Notes: generated from the sequence alone by a model not told the origin. A DNA stretch of 60,838 nt, filler included, from Basidiobolus ranarum (GCA_040143965.1; 11 parts of 11 records of this genome joined end to end with filler, not necessarily neighbours in it), one strand, 5' to 3'. Shown: positions 1-14,100, counted from the whole stretch's first letter. Made by a program: numbers and translations.

Positions 1-1603
1 AGGTGTTCTACCCACACTTCCCTAGTGGTGATATTTCTATCCAAATTTTCCACAGAGGGCTGTTCAATAGTGAGCAAAGTAGCCATTTTGAAAGTTGATG
101 GTTTTGACATTGTTTTGGTTGAACTTTGCTCAACTATTGATTTACTACATAATTGGGGGATTACAATCTCTGCACTTGCACCATTGCTCAAAAGGAACAT
201 GTCTGGTAGATTGATTAATGCTTCATCATTAATTGAGTTAGTTCCTGGCAGGTAAATGCCTTCCACAGTGGGTGGTTGATTGCTAGACTGCTCATTAATT
301 AAGTCCTCTGTTCTTGCAGGTTTTTTTACTTTTGTGCCAGCAGGCTTTGGCTTGGAAGCCAATTTTCCTATATTGGAGTTTTGATATATCTGCACTCCAA
401 AATAATATGCTGTCAAGATCTTGCATTCCAAACACAGTAGACAGCCTAGTCTCAGTATGTTTCATGAGATTTGAGCAATTACAAACTATTATGATATCAT
501 CAACATATAGAGCAATAATGACTTTGGAGGCTTAGATGGTCTTAAAGTATTTGCAGCAATCAGGTATCCTACAATGGAAACAATGTTTGATGAAGATCTG
601 ATTAGTTTCGGAACTCCATGCACAAGGAGCCTGTTCTAGACCATGTAGACTTCTCTGTAGTTTACATACTTGATGTTCTTTTCCTTTTGCAATGTATCCC
701 TGTGGTTGATTGATATATCCACCTTCATCATTTTCTCCATTAAGAGATGCTGTTTTAACATTCATTTGTTGAATCAGGATTCCTTGGTAAGTAACAATAG
801 CTAATATTACTCTAATTGAGGTAAACTTAGCAAGAAGAGAAAATGTCTCATCATAGTCAATGCCATGTTTCTGAGTATAGCCTTTTACTACTTTTCTTGC
901 TTTGTACAGGTTGACAGATCTTTCTAGGTTGACTTTAGTTTCAGCACCCATCAGTAACCAATACTATTTCTTCCAGTGGATAAGTCCTCAACATTCCATA
1001 TGTTCTTCTTGATCAGGGAGTGAATCTCATGATCAGTGCTTTTTTTCCATTCTATTGCTTCATCAGATATCAGAGCTTATGTCAAATTTTCTGGTTCAGA
1101 TGAGGCTATATGTGCAGATATATTCAGCCCTTTTTCAGTATTGAATCTGTTGATTTCATGCTCTGATTTGTGACAACCAAGGCCCTTGGTAGAAACATCC
1201 AATGATTCACCTATGGTCTAATTTGATTTACACTTGGTAGGATTTCTGAGACCTGATTAACTGAATTTTGTGATTGATTAAACACTTGTGGTGGTGATTG
1301 CATACTTCCAATAATTGACTGCATGCAATATCAGTCATATATTGGGAGTAGGATATTTCTTAGACAAAGGATTGGTCAGAAAATTATCAACTTGTTTCTG
1401 AGGCCAACTCTCTTATTCATGATTGGCTGGAAAAATATCCTTTTTCTGAGTATCATATTTTTCCTTATCAGTGATGGTATGCCAATTGCCAGAAGCTGGT
1501 TCTAAATTATCAGTATCCTGGTACAAACTGGTGTATTTCCAATGTTGTCTAATGTTTCACTACTTGTATAGTTGCTTGATATCAGAATATTATAAAATAG
1601 TTT
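1..1603 (-). mobile_element. Degenerate Ty1/copia element fragment (reverse transcriptase plus spacer region)
   Basis: ORF 532..951 has copia RT motifs YKAR.VVKGYTQKHGIDYDETF, QMNVKTA.LNG and LQRSLHGLEQAPCAW; many stops and frameshifts; boundaries approximate. Confidence 0.9.
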
Positions 1604-4600
1604 TGTTGAGGTTTACTGTCTTTATCATCTTTGTTATCTCTATCTTTATACACCTAAATATTTCATATTTCACATATAATTTTGGTAACATTACTGGGAG
1701 CTTTGGGATGTAGTCCTTGGAGATGAAAAGAATCCTTCTGACCCTTCTTTATTGGGAGCTTACAAGAAAAGAGACAAGAAGGCCTTTAATGACATTTGTT
1801 AAAGTTTTAAGGATTCACAACTTGTGAATATTCCATATGCAAAGACTTCCCATCAAGCTTAGACTATATCTGAAGAGTGTTATGAAGCAAAGAGTCTTGC
1901 TAATAGACTATTTCTCAGACAGAAATTCTTCAATGTAAAGATGGAAAAGTCTGAAAGCATGGTGACTTATATTGCACATGTGAAATCTTTGGCAAAACAA
2001 CTGGAAAATATTGATGCAACTTTACAGGAAGTAGATGTTCTTATGACTCTTCTAAGTAGTATACCAGAACAGTACCCAAACTTGGTCACAGCTTTGGAGG
2101 CAAGATCTGACAAGTTGTCTTTGTAGTTTGTGGTGGTAAGGCTAATGTATCAACATCTCAGAAATAAAAATTTGGAAAAACAATCTGAGGAAGTGGCTCT
2201 TTATGGAGGTGGGAAACATAGCTTTGGCAAGTTCAAAGGTTAAAAAAGAAGGAAACCAAGTTTATGCCATGGTTGTAATAAACCAGGATGCCAGCTAAAA
2301 GATTGCAAATCAAGCAATTACAACAAAAGGAGAAGTCAGAACAAGCAAATCAGGTATCAACCAAAGAGGAAATTGTATTCATTTCTGCCCTATCAGTGAC
2401 CTTTGAACAAGACTGTAGGTTGTGGTGTATTGATTCTGGAGCCTCTCAACATTTCTCTAAGTGAAAAAACTGGTTTAAGACACTCAAAACTGACATAATC
2501 AAGAAGGTTTATATGGGAGATGACTGGCCACAAGAAGCTCTGGGAGTGGGACAAATTGAAGTGGATCTTGGGGGAATCACTGGGGTCATGTATTTGACAC
2601 TGAAAATGTGCTATATGTGCCTGGGATAGCAAAAAATTTGTTAATAGTGAGTAAAGCTACATCTGAGGGATATAGCTTTAATTTTGATCAAAATGGCTGT
2701 ACAATTAGGGATCAAAAAGCAATTAGGTACCTTCTGGAGCTATGCAAAATAAGTTGCAAAAGCTTCATTCTATTTGGCCAATCTCAAACAAGATGGTTTT
2801 AGGACTACATTTTGTTTTTTCACCAGATCGGGAGCTATGTGAAGGTTGCCTATAAGGTAGGCAACACGGACAGCTGTTTGTGGGCTCTGGAATGAGCAAA
2901 ATTGATCAAATATTGGGCCTGATGCCATTCAGATCTCCATGGCCCAATGTAGACAAAATCCTTAGGTGGAAAAAGGTATTTTATGACCTTTACTGATGAT
3001 AAGACAAAGTATATTTGGGTGTACTTTCTGGCCAGGAAGGATGAAGCCTTTGATACCTTTAAGAGGCTCAAAGAATGGTGGAGACTGAAACAGGACTAAA
3101 GATTGAGATTGTCTATACTGATAATGGAGGGGAATTTACATCAAAACTCTTCTCTAACTTCTGCTCAACACATGGGATAAAACAGCAGACTACAGTACCA
3201 TATTCTCCACAGCAGAAAGGAATAGCATAATGTGCAAACAGATCAATAATGGAAAAGGAAAGATCAATGCTTCTTGATCCCAATTTACCAAAACAGTTTT
3301 GGGCTGAATTGGTTGCAACTGCAGTATATATTAGGAATAGATGCCCTTCTAGGTCTCTATTGGCTATAACACCTTATCAAGCTTGGTTTGGAAGTAGATC
3401 TGATGTGGCTAATCTCAGAGCTTTTGGAAGTACCATGTATGCAATGATTCCAGACAAGAAGAGATCAAAATTAGACCAAAAAAGCTAGAAATGTCTTCTT
3501 TTGGGATATTGTGATGAAACAAATGGGTACAGACTATGTGACACTGAAAACAAGAGGCTAATCAAGTCAAGGGACATGGAATTTGTTGAAGAATAAGATT
3601 TTTCAATCAAAACAATCCAAGATCAAGAAAAACAACCAAAAATTGATGAAAGTTCTTCTTTCTCTGACCAGATCCTCATCAGTGAGAAAAACATGAAAAA
3701 CTCTTCACCTGCAGTCTCCTCAACCAAGCCTGAGGTGGGCTCATTGCCTCAATTGGTACCAGAAGTTGTCATGCCAATTTTCCGTCTTAGGAGATGCAAT
3801 TGTCACAACAAGGAGCTGGACAAGGACTGGAAATAATAACAAGAGGCTAGAAGGCAGGAGAGTACTTGGGTGTATACCAGGGCTTGGTATACTAAGATAG
3901 ACAAATACTTGGAATTACTTGATTTCCAAAAGAGTATGGTGGATCTTGGATCAACTTTAAGACAGATAAGAACAGTAAGATAATACTTGCCTGATATATG
4001 GATGATCTGATTATAGCTACCAATAATGATGAAGCTTGTAGGAACACCAAAAGAGATCTATCAGTCTAATTCAAGATGACTAATTTAGGCAAACTTAGAA
4101 ATTTTTTAGGTCTGCAGATCCATACAGATATACTGAGCAAATCTATTACTCTTATTCAATCTATATCCATCTCACACATCCCCAGATGTTACAAGACGGA
4201 GAATTGTAAGCCAGTAGCAACTCCCATGGATTCAGGTGTGAAACTAGTCAAAAACCCTATCAAAAATGATGATAATTAGCCAAATATGGCTCAATATATG
4301 TCATTTCAAATCCCTGGGTCACTGATCAATGTATGGTAGGTAGTTAAATCTATGCTTTGACTGGAACCTAGCCGGATATCTCTTTTGCAGTGGGAGTAGT
4401 TAGCCAACATGTGCAAACTGCGGATCCAAACATTATGCAGCAGTTAAGCCGATTTGCAGATATTTGAAAGGGACAATTGTGCTGGGATTAAGATGCACAT
4501 ATTCTTATGACAATATTGATCTGATTGGGTTTAGTGATGCAGATTGGAGATGTGATATTGAGGACAGAAGATCTATCACTGGATATGCCTTTCTCTATAG

Positions 4601-5360
4601 TCAAGTAGCCATATCTTGGAATAGCAAGAAACAACCCACCATAGCCCTTTCAGCAACGGAAGCAGGGTACATGGCTGCATCACATAGAACAAAGCAGGCT
4701 ATGTAGTCAATGAAACTGGTTAAAGACTTGGGCATTTCTCAAAGTTCACCACAGTAATTTTCAAGGTGAATCAAAGTTGTATTTCTTGAGCTAACAATCC
4801 CAAATTTCAAGCTAGAATTAAGCACATTGACATTCAACATCACTTTGTTAGGGAAGCTATTGAGAATAACCATATCCAACTAGAGTACTCTCCAACCAAG
4901 GACATGATTGCTGCCATCCTTACCAATCCATTACCCAAGCCAAAATTTGAATAGTTAAGATGTAAGATAGGATTAAGATATATAAAGATTTAGTTGAGTG
5001 GGAGTGCTCAAGTTTATTGTCTTATCATATTTGTTATCTCTATCTGTATACACCTACATATCTCAAATATCAAATTTAAGTTAGTTAACATCACTTAGTC
5101 AAGTATCACTTGACTGAAAATTGGAACATATATTACATATATATGTTAATAATGTGAGAAGTAGCAATTCTGTATTGGAAATTTCAAACTTGTCCAAATT
5201 GCCCCAAAAATGACTCATTTTACTCCCACAGATGTTCTGAACACAACCCCAGTGTTTGTTTTCTGTATTTCCATCAAAATGTATAAATGCTTTATTTCTG
5301 GACAGTAAATAATTATCTAACAAAGCTATTCAAACTCCACTTTTCTAAAGTTCCTCCAAG
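1604..5360 (+). mobile_element. Degenerate Ty1/copia LTR retrotransposon (LTR family A) with internal deletions
   Basis: Truncated 5' LTR TGTTGAGG at 1604 fused to gag (ELWDVV); degenerate zinc knuckle ~2266-2307; protease WCIDSGASQH ~2423; integrase ~2830-3590 (DNGGEF, FWAELVATAVYIRNR); RT C-terminus; RNase H (FSDADW, SKKQPTIALS); PPT TTGAGTGGGAG 4994-5004; 3' LTR 5005-~5360. Confidence 0.93.
5005..5360 (+). repeat. 3' LTR, family A (~355 bp)
   Basis: Follows the PPT; its start matches 1604-1690 and it matches the reverse complement of 48743-49345. Confidence 0.88.
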
Positions 5361-5361
5361 C

Positions 5362-5454
5362 TGTTGAAATTAGCATTGCCTAAACACCTATACAGTCATA
5401 TATAGCTTAGTACTTAGTTATCTTATAACTCACTAAGATATTATCAATTATTCT
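5362..5454 (+). repeat. LTR family B, 5' part (cut by contig end)
   Basis: TGTTGAAATTAGCATTGCCTAAACACCTATA... matches 16191 and the reverse complement of 16892. Confidence 0.85.
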
Positions 5455-5554
5455 NNNNNNNNNNNNNNNNNNNNNNNNNNNNNNNNNNNNNNNNNNNNTT
5501 AATTAATTAANNNNNNNNNNNNNNNNNNNNNNNNNNNNNNNNNNNNNNNNNNNN
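5455..5554. other. Artificial contig spacer (N44-TTAATTAATTAA-N44); identical spacers at 11008, 16557, 22104, 27648, 33186, 38723, 44258, 49788 and 55315
   Basis: 100-nt block with stops in all six frames. The flanking segments shrink steadily in length (5454, 5453, 5449 ... 5424 nt), as expected for length-sorted contigs. Confidence 0.99.
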
Positions 5555-8500
5555 TATAATGCTTATTGGGTTCATCTTCAAAATGTAGTCGCTTCTCTCC
5601 TATGGCAGGTAAACTCTCGGATTGTATATCACCTTTTTCACGCTCTGCGGAAGCAAGGATTGCTACGGCAGGGGGGTTCTCTTCATCCTCATGCGAGCAT
5701 CTTGCTAAATCACAGTTCTGTTGCGATTGATCATCTGACGACGCTGGCGGGATGTCAGAGGTAGAAGAGTTGGTCCCAGGCTGATCAACGTCTTCATCGT
5801 CAGATGTATTGAAATACGCTTCTTCATCATCAAGTGTTGATGATTCCCACGCAGATTGTCCTTGTACATGTGGGGTACGAGTGCATTCGCTAACGAAGAG
5901 AAGATGTTAATAGCCGAAGATTATATGTAAAAGAATTCAAGTGGCAGACCTAGTATTGCTTACGACAGTTTCATTACCGGTGTTACTGTCAGTATTTTGT
6001 TCATAGCGCCTTCGTAGGAGCTTGAATGTTTCAACATATTCGATTTGCTCCAGTCGATCACCAAATTCTTGGACAATATGGTCGACTAAGTGGGTGCTGT
6101 TTTCCTGGAATTCAAGATATTGATTAACATATGGAGATCGGAAGCCATATGATCCACACACACACTACCTTCCGAATAAATTCGAAGAGCTCCAAGCAAG
6201 CAGAGTTCACTAGATTGTCGCGATCTCTGGTTTGCAATAGGGTATTTACCACAGGAGAAAACAGATCAAATTGTATCAGATGCTTGTGGTAGAACTCGTC
6301 CCTCATACCGACACATGCTCTAATGAAGCGAAGAGCAGCTATCCAATCAAAAGGTCATTATTTGAATCCATGGCTTGAGAGATGAATGAATTGTAACTAG
6401 CTTTACCAAGTTTCAAATGGTTATCGCGGCTTTTGAAGAGAGCTACAAATTTCGGGCCGATGTCGGTGGATAATATAAAGTATTTGCTTCGGAATGAATG
6501 AGTTCGTATAAAAAGGCACATTAACTCACACGAGAGGAAGTACAAAGACGACTTGACCGTATCAAATACCAATTCTATTGTATACAGAACAGCAGTAAAT
6601 GATAAGAAAAGATAGAGAAACTGAACGAAAGAAGTAACTCTGACCTTGACCACCCTCTTGATAATTGTCAAGCTTCAACACTGGTGCAAACAATTGCTTT
6701 ATGAAACGGTCGTAGAACAGTGAGAGGAATTCGTTGGCTTCTGGATCATTCTTTTGTTGCATCAAGGCCTTGATAGAGTGCTTTAGTATCAACGTATAAA
6801 GTGTTTGGACATCTTTGTGGGGAAAAACAATACCTCTGCCGGGCCAGTCAGAGAGTGTTCACCGAACCCCGAGCTCGTGTCAAGAAAGACCTTTATCAGC
6901 TCAGCATATTGCACCTTCACACCAACATCATCATCATCAATGAAGCGTTCAACCACGGTTTGAATCAATGGCTTTCTTGCTTGCTTGACTTGAGCCAGGA
7001 TGTAGGATCTGACCAAATTAGGGTCATGGTCCAAAATAGAACAGAGTACCTCTGCGCCCACAACCCTGACCGAAGAGTCGGGGTCTGGCAACGAATAGTC
7101 GAAAATACAGAACAGACCATGCTGACTTAATGCTCTATAAAGGCCCGATCTACTAATCATCTGAAGGTTCTTGGAGATTGCACAGAATTGCTGCACGAAA
7201 CGAATAACATCATGCTTTCGCTCGCTGGACTCGTTTGCATTGTCTAAGATCCCGAAGAGTTGCTTTAAAAAATCGTGGTCGTGCTGAAAGTGGTTCACAA
7301 TATCCACATGATTGAAGAAAATCAACGAGTTGAGGATTGAGAAGGTGCTCTCATCCAGCACCCGTGCCAAGACAACATCTTTGAGGTATTGCAGTCGAAA
7401 TGTTTGATGGATTTTGTTCTCCATTGACGGGTCTTTAATGGGAACAACCTAGAAGAGACCAGATGAATCTGGGAAGCACGCGTATCAACCGATAGAAATC
7501 GCCACCAACCTGCTTAAATTTCGAGTTATTGGCCAGATATTGGCGGTGCTGGGCCTTAGAATTAGGATAGTCGGGATCATCTAGAATTCCAAACCCCTCG
7601 TTAGCATACAGACAAATGATACAGTGAAGAAGAAGCGATCCCACATTCCAGTATCCCCACAACACCAAGGATTACGTCATCTTGAACTATATATTCAAAT
7701 ATAGCATTCTCGTTCAACAATACTGAAGCGATGTAAATGGCTGTGTAAGTACAAGTGGCGATTGAAGAAGGAGAAGCATGGCAAGAGAGGAAACATCCTT
7801 ACGCAACCCTTTAATGATGCTACAGAGCGTATACAAGTCTTTGATATTGTCCAAGTCCTCACAAACATCCAGAAGCGGAAGGAGCTTGTCTATATATTTC
7901 TTTACAGACAATGTTCATGTAAACATCGTGCTACTGTTCGTAGAGTGGTCGATACGAAAAACAAGTAGTGGCATATGTACCTCTTGAATCACATAGTTGA
8001 CTAAAGTATCGCGTCCATAAACAAACCGCCCAACTTGCTTCACAATTGTCTCTATCTCAGTCAAGTTTGAGAGTTCTGGAGAAGGTAAGGTAATTGCCCT
8101 ATTGGCAGAATCTAAAAGAAATATCGGGAGTTTGAGTAAAGGAACCAAGCGAGCCAACTTGATTCTCAACTGTCCTCGAAACTTGACAAAGGTGAACAAA
8201 AAACTATCAACCTATCGGTAGATCAGGAAGGCGCTTCTGCATGTCCATAATCATATCCCTTCAAGGACAGAAAGAGTTACAAACAAAACCAAACACAATC
8301 CACTAGATTTTGCAACAATAAAGGAAATCCAGCCTACCATACTTCAGCACAACCCTCAGCCTCTTGAAAACTAAGTGCCAAATCTCGACCATCAGGCTCA
8401 GTCCACACAATCAATGTTTCTTTTCAAAGCCACAATCGTATGAGAAAAGAAATTAAAATGAAAAGTTCGTTTAAACTAAGAATAACCTTGCTGCTTTTGA

Positions 8501-8835
8501 TATATATCCCCTTTAACAACTTTGGAATTTAATAAAACTGTCGGATTTTCTTCCTCTGAGCGGACTAACAAGTCTAACTCTTCGTTATCCTATTTACAAA
8601 TACATCATTAGCAAAACAACAGAGGTTATCAACACATTAAATAGCTTATGGGTGATAAATCAACGAAGCATAGGTGCTGGGGTCAATATACACAGCGCAG
8701 GTGAGAGATGGAAGCTCTAAAGCATAAACATACCTCATAAAATAGACAAACACAATAACCAGTTCCTTTATCTTTCCAAGCACTGTCGTCTCCTAACTCA
8801 TAGACCTTTACGCGTCTTTTGGTAGAAATCTCCAT
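5555..8835 (-). CDS. PSY2: Protein phosphatase 4 regulatory subunit 3 (Psy2/SMK-1/PP4R3), multi-exon, 3' truncated
   Basis: Starts MEISTKRRVKVYEL...WKDKGTG (EVH1-like); DLALSFQEAEGCAEVW; IHQTFRLQYLKDVVLARVLD; NLVNSACLELFEFIR; GT-AG introns. Confidence 0.95.
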
Positions 8836-9626
8836 TATATATCAGTAAATAATCGATTCACTCACTGTAAATTGTATTCTAGTATCGTTGCCCTTATATA
8901 TAATATTATCATTCACTTTGGGAACTTGATAGAATATTTCTTGAGTTGAGGAATTCGCTCAAATTTCTTAGGTCAGCAATGTAAGTGGCTTGGTCAAGTT
9001 ATAACGATCACTTCTAGAATGGCTCAATGAGATGTTATGGTTTCGGTACCTTTTCAAATTAGTCTCTTTAGGAACTTTTTTGAATTAATCTCGTAAAAGA
9101 TGAAAAATGAGACTAACTATTTCACCAGGAAACAAAAACGAAGAAAAAGTTTTTTAAAGATAATAAAGCGATAGGAAACCCGTCGAGTAAAAAGTCAATC
9201 CTAAGGATGTAGTAAGACCTACAATATCTTCAAACTAAACTGGTCAAGTAAGGAAAAAGACCGATTTATTGAAAGGACTTGCTTGTTGATTAATTGTGAA
9301 TTCACCTTCGAAATGGTATGAATCTCGAATGGAGAAGCAAATAAGGAAACTCACTAATGGAACCCCTGCTCAAGTTAATCATCAGAAAATGGTTAGGAGA
9401 TTGATTAATGGAATATATGCACTTACAGATTTACGAAACGAATATTACTATAAGAAAAAATAATTTTCTCTCCCCAACAAATCAAAATTAAGTGTAGTTA
9501 AATTCAGATTCTAATTTTTCTGTTAAATATTACGTTCCTTCTGGAGTTAAGACGCTTTGGCAATCCTGGTGTTACTCAATTTTTTAATACCTGCACTCTT
9601 CAGTTTTTTTAATACACTTTTACGAA

Positions 9627-10638
9627 ATGTCGAATATTGATACCACGGGTGTTATTGATTCACTTCCATGTACGTTGTTATATATTAGTGACCATATTTA
9701 CACTTACCTTTATTAATATCCCTGGTTTCTTTTATATAGATATCGATCGCGAGCTCGAATATGAGGGTATTTTCTTCTCCCGATCTAAAGTTAAACACCA
9801 AACATTATATACCAGTCTCCTCATATTATTTTAATAGGAATGAGAGCTCAAGTAGACCGCATGATCGAGTTAGAAATGGCTAAAACAAAAAAACGCGATT
9901 TACCTCAGTTCCCTTCTAGAATCGAGTTGTTTCAAGTAAAAAGATAACTCATCTTTCCTATTTCCTAAAAACATAGAACTCAAGTTTATTTTAAAAACAG
10001 GAGGATCCACTCTTGAATTTTGAACTCAAACGCGTATCCAAAGGTAAGGCAAGTCAGCCCATCGATTCTGCACGTTACCAGCTTGAAGATCCTTCCGAAG
10101 AAGAGAGTAATAACTTTGAAGCGTGGGAAAAGGCCGCACATAATTCTCAAGCTCAATTGGAGCATCAAAATCTTAGGTAATTTCAATTTTTAAAGTCACT
10201 TTCACGTCAGATTATTAACTAGATTGTGAAATGATGTAGACTCTGTAACCTGGAGCTATTGCAGAAATTTGGTGGTAATGCTTGGAGAGTTCATAATTTC
10301 CAATTGGAATATATGATCAAACAGGTCGAAGGTGAAATCGCAGAGAAGAAAAAGGAAATTATCGATTTGAATAAGGAGAGAAAATTTGAGCAGGTTGGTT
10401 TTTATCCTTCTCATTTCGAAGTGTTCATGTACACGTATCAAATTTACCATCATGGTAACTTAAATTCATATTGTAGAATGACGCTGGAGAGGCATTGCAA
10501 AGACTAGAGACCAAATGGACAGAGCTGTTGGGTCAAACGTTACAGATCGAAATGGCCTGTTCAACCTTGGAAAGCGAGTTGAAGCAACTTAAACAACATG
10601 AAGAACAACTTAAACAAAAGCTTGGGGAATCTAATTAG
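9627..10638 (+). CDS. SPF27: Pre-mRNA splicing factor SPF27/BCAS2/Cwf7, multi-exon
   Basis: Spliced translation MSNIDTTGVIDSLP-YIDRELEY..., NSQAQLEHQNLR, NLELLQKFGGNAWRVHN, INKERKFEQ-like segment, ending QKLGESN*. Confidence 0.92.
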
Positions 10639-11107
10639 ATACTCCTTTTTCAAATCAGTTATCCAACGAAACGTTTTATTCTTAGTTTGTGCACGTAAAT
10701 ATAATTGAATGCTAGGTCTCTCACAACATACATGAGCGCTCAATTACATGAGTAAATAAATGATAAAGTTAGGTACCTATGTCATGAGAAAGGCATTTCA
10801 CAAATACTTTCCTCTGAACGGTGGATATTAGCTTGGTTAAGTTTCCGAAGGAGAATTTATTTTTACGATCTACACACATGGTACTGATGATGTTGGATGA
10901 TGTGTGTAGGGACTTGTTGGGGTAAATAAAACGAGGAGTAAGAAGCATAATAGTGAGTTGATGCCCATGCATATTTAAATAATTCCAAATGGCGTCGTTG
11001 TTAATTGNNNNNNNNNNNNNNNNNNNNNNNNNNNNNNNNNNNNNNNNNNNNTTAATTAATTAANNNNNNNNNNNNNNNNNNNNNNNNNNNNNNNNNNNNN
11101 NNNNNNN

Positions 11108-14100
11108 AGAGAATACCTTAAAGTCATCGATATGAGTGAAATCTGGGAAGAAAGGCAGTATATCTTCGATCTTTAGTAGATCGGATTCCTGAAGGAATTT
11201 CATGGCGCTGTACGATGGAATGAGTTAAATATGACTACACTTCAACTACACAAGAGAGCCTTACGTTTTAACGTCATGTTGCTTTTCAACCACATATCTA
11301 GCAATCTTTAGCCATAGTTTTTTTCTTAAATCGTCGTCATCGTCTGGCTTGTCAGCGTTGATACGTGCGAGCTCTAAATCTTGGTGCTATATATCCAAAA
11401 ATGCCCCTCGACCCTTTTAGTCTCTATTGAAGTAACATGCCTCATATACTGAAATTTACAAACCTCAAGAGCCAAATCTACCGCCTCCTCATACATACCC
11501 ATATTTCCATAGATAAGTACGCAACTTTGGATCCGATGATGTTTGCTGCATAAGCGAAGAGCGTAATCTTGGTTATATTTCATTTCTCGTCCCTATGGAA
11601 AGAAACGTAAACGAGATAGCCCGAAATCAGCGAAAGTATGGCTCATACGTACCTCGTTACTCAAGAAATTCAAAAGGTCCGATTCATCATCAGTAGGTTG
11701 AGTGGTGTAAAGAGTAAGCAGATAATTATGAATCACTGGATCATTGTTGTTCATTTTTTGAACAACAAACTGCAAATAACGAATTGCTTGGTTCTACAGG
11801 GCAGAGAGATAAAGTTGTTTTGGTATCAGCAATCTCTTATATGTTCAGCATAGAGCAAGTGTTACTTTACCTGAGTGGTATCTTCAGGTAATTGCGAATG
11901 GTCATACTTTAGCAAGGCAGGAATCAGGTTCCTTGGGTTTAGATTGGTGTGCCTCATCCACATATTCACAGTCTCGACGGGTGCGTACTCCATGAGAACT
12001 GGTGAGTACTTGTAATACAATTCCACTGAAGCCTGCGTTTCAGAAATCATCCGTTTAGTTTACTAGTATCCCAGGAAGCTAGCCATGCTTTAGATAGACT
12101 TACCTGCTTGCCTAGGACCTTCGAGGCCTCAGCGTAATCCTTCTCCTGAATCCAATGAGATATGACACGATCGTAATCATGCATCAATGAAGCGTAATGG
12201 AGTAGATCTACATTGCGACCATGACTTCCGATTAGATCGTACGTAGTCTTAGGGTCGAGGTGGGTCTAAAGAATTGCATCATGGTATGAGAGGTATGCAT
12301 GATGGAGATGGTGGTAAAGATATCTCTTAGATGGCTCACTTTATACGATTGGAGAAATCCGTGAAATTCTTCAGTGAGAATTTTATGCTCTTCCTGATAA
12401 TTGCGTGTTTCCTCCAGCTCCAGTGATCCTGTCGCTAAATCCTCTAGAGCATTCAGCTTGTTGAGATATATCTCCACTAACCATGTACCGATAATGGTGA
12501 TTTGGGTCAGATCCTAAATGGCCAGAGAATGAATGAGCAACCAAAGATCTGGTGAATGACTTGATCAAGTCCAAACATAGTATCACTCACAGTCTTCCTT
12601 AATTTCTCAATCTTCTGCAGTAGGTATCTTCTCAAAGCGTCACGCTCGTCACGCTCAACAAATTTGAGCACAACCTCCTCAAAAGACACCGTGGACTGAG
12701 CAAAATAATTCGCTGAGAGCAGATAGCGTCCCTGAGAAAAGTAATATTCTGCCTGTGCGGTAAGAATCTTATCTTTCTGTATGGGGTTCTATCGACATAG
12801 TGGAATCAAGTTAAATTGGGGTCATCCATATCTTCACCCGAGTGGATGAAACTTACCTTGGCGTATTGCAGAGCAGCATCGAACATCATCTTCTCCAAAT
12901 ACAGGTTCCACATGTTCTTGTCTTCGTTCGCAACAATCAATTCATAGATAGAAATATTCGTGAAGACCCAGTAAGTGTTCTTGGTTGAATCTACAACCAT
13001 TCCTAGGATATGCTGCGATGGAGCCTACATAAACCCATCATTACGTTAGGTGTTAGCAGCGAATCTGGCAACATGAAGAACAAGAACTCGACCTACCAGA
13101 GGAATCACATCTTCGTAAACAACCTCGTCGTTTAGCTGGCAAACTGCCCTGATTCTATCGTCGTAAAGAAGAATGAAATGGAACTCCGTTATGGCAATAG
13201 AAATGGGTCCTTTCGTCTCATTCGAGTCGTTCTCATAGGGAGTAGGAGCATATCTAATTAAGAGAGCAGGAAAAAGAGCGCATGAGTAAGATGAGTAAGT
13301 TCCGAGTAGGAATGACAGTAATCCTACGGCAAAAGCTGTGCGCTATCAATGACGCTATCTCCAACCCCTTGAGACCCGAACACTAAATCTCCATGATAGA
13401 TTCCAGAGCCTATCGTTCATGATGTAGTGTAAGTTTGTGCAAATTTTAGCATGATTAGAAGAAATTCTCACCAGTTAACCAGCAGAATTTGCTTGCAGTA
13501 CTCTGAACTTGAACATCCTGAAATTTGCTGAAGAAGTGAAGTTCACTGTATGAAAGATCCCCAGAGATTTCCTGATAAGCTGCCATGAATTGTAAGAACC
13601 CATTCACTCATTCCATAAACAATTGCTTCTTGCGAATAGACTTACATGGATTGTTCGTGTATTTTGAGAATAAACTTTCGAAAAAGGATCCATCAGAACC
13701 ATTCTTCTGCGAATTGCCATTCCCGATCAGTTGATAAAGTCGAGTTGGGGTTGTTAAAAGTACAAAATACTTTCTGGGATTCACCGGAAACTGTTCAAAC
13801 CTGATGCCAGTGATTGGCATAGCATCTGCCAAAGTGAACACCTAATAATTTCCTAGTTAGTAATCACTCAGTGGAGAACGTCTCGCTAGAAAGTAGCTCA
13901 CTTGTTTGATATATTTGTCTTCTTTTTTGAAATATTCGTCTGTAGGCTCAAGTTCAGTCTCAAAGACTACACCATTCTGAGTTCCTAATAGGATCTCTTT
14001 GGTCGATGCATTTGCACCTTTACTTATATTTTTATTCCAGGCAACAGACTCAATGGTTATACCCTGTTGGATGAAAGTGTTTAGGAAACATTTCCTTGTG

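Noticed and set aside
5499..5510. TTAATTAATTAA palindrome recurring every ~5.5 kb
   Set aside because: Artificial six-frame-stop linker inside N runs; not a biological repeat or CRISPR.
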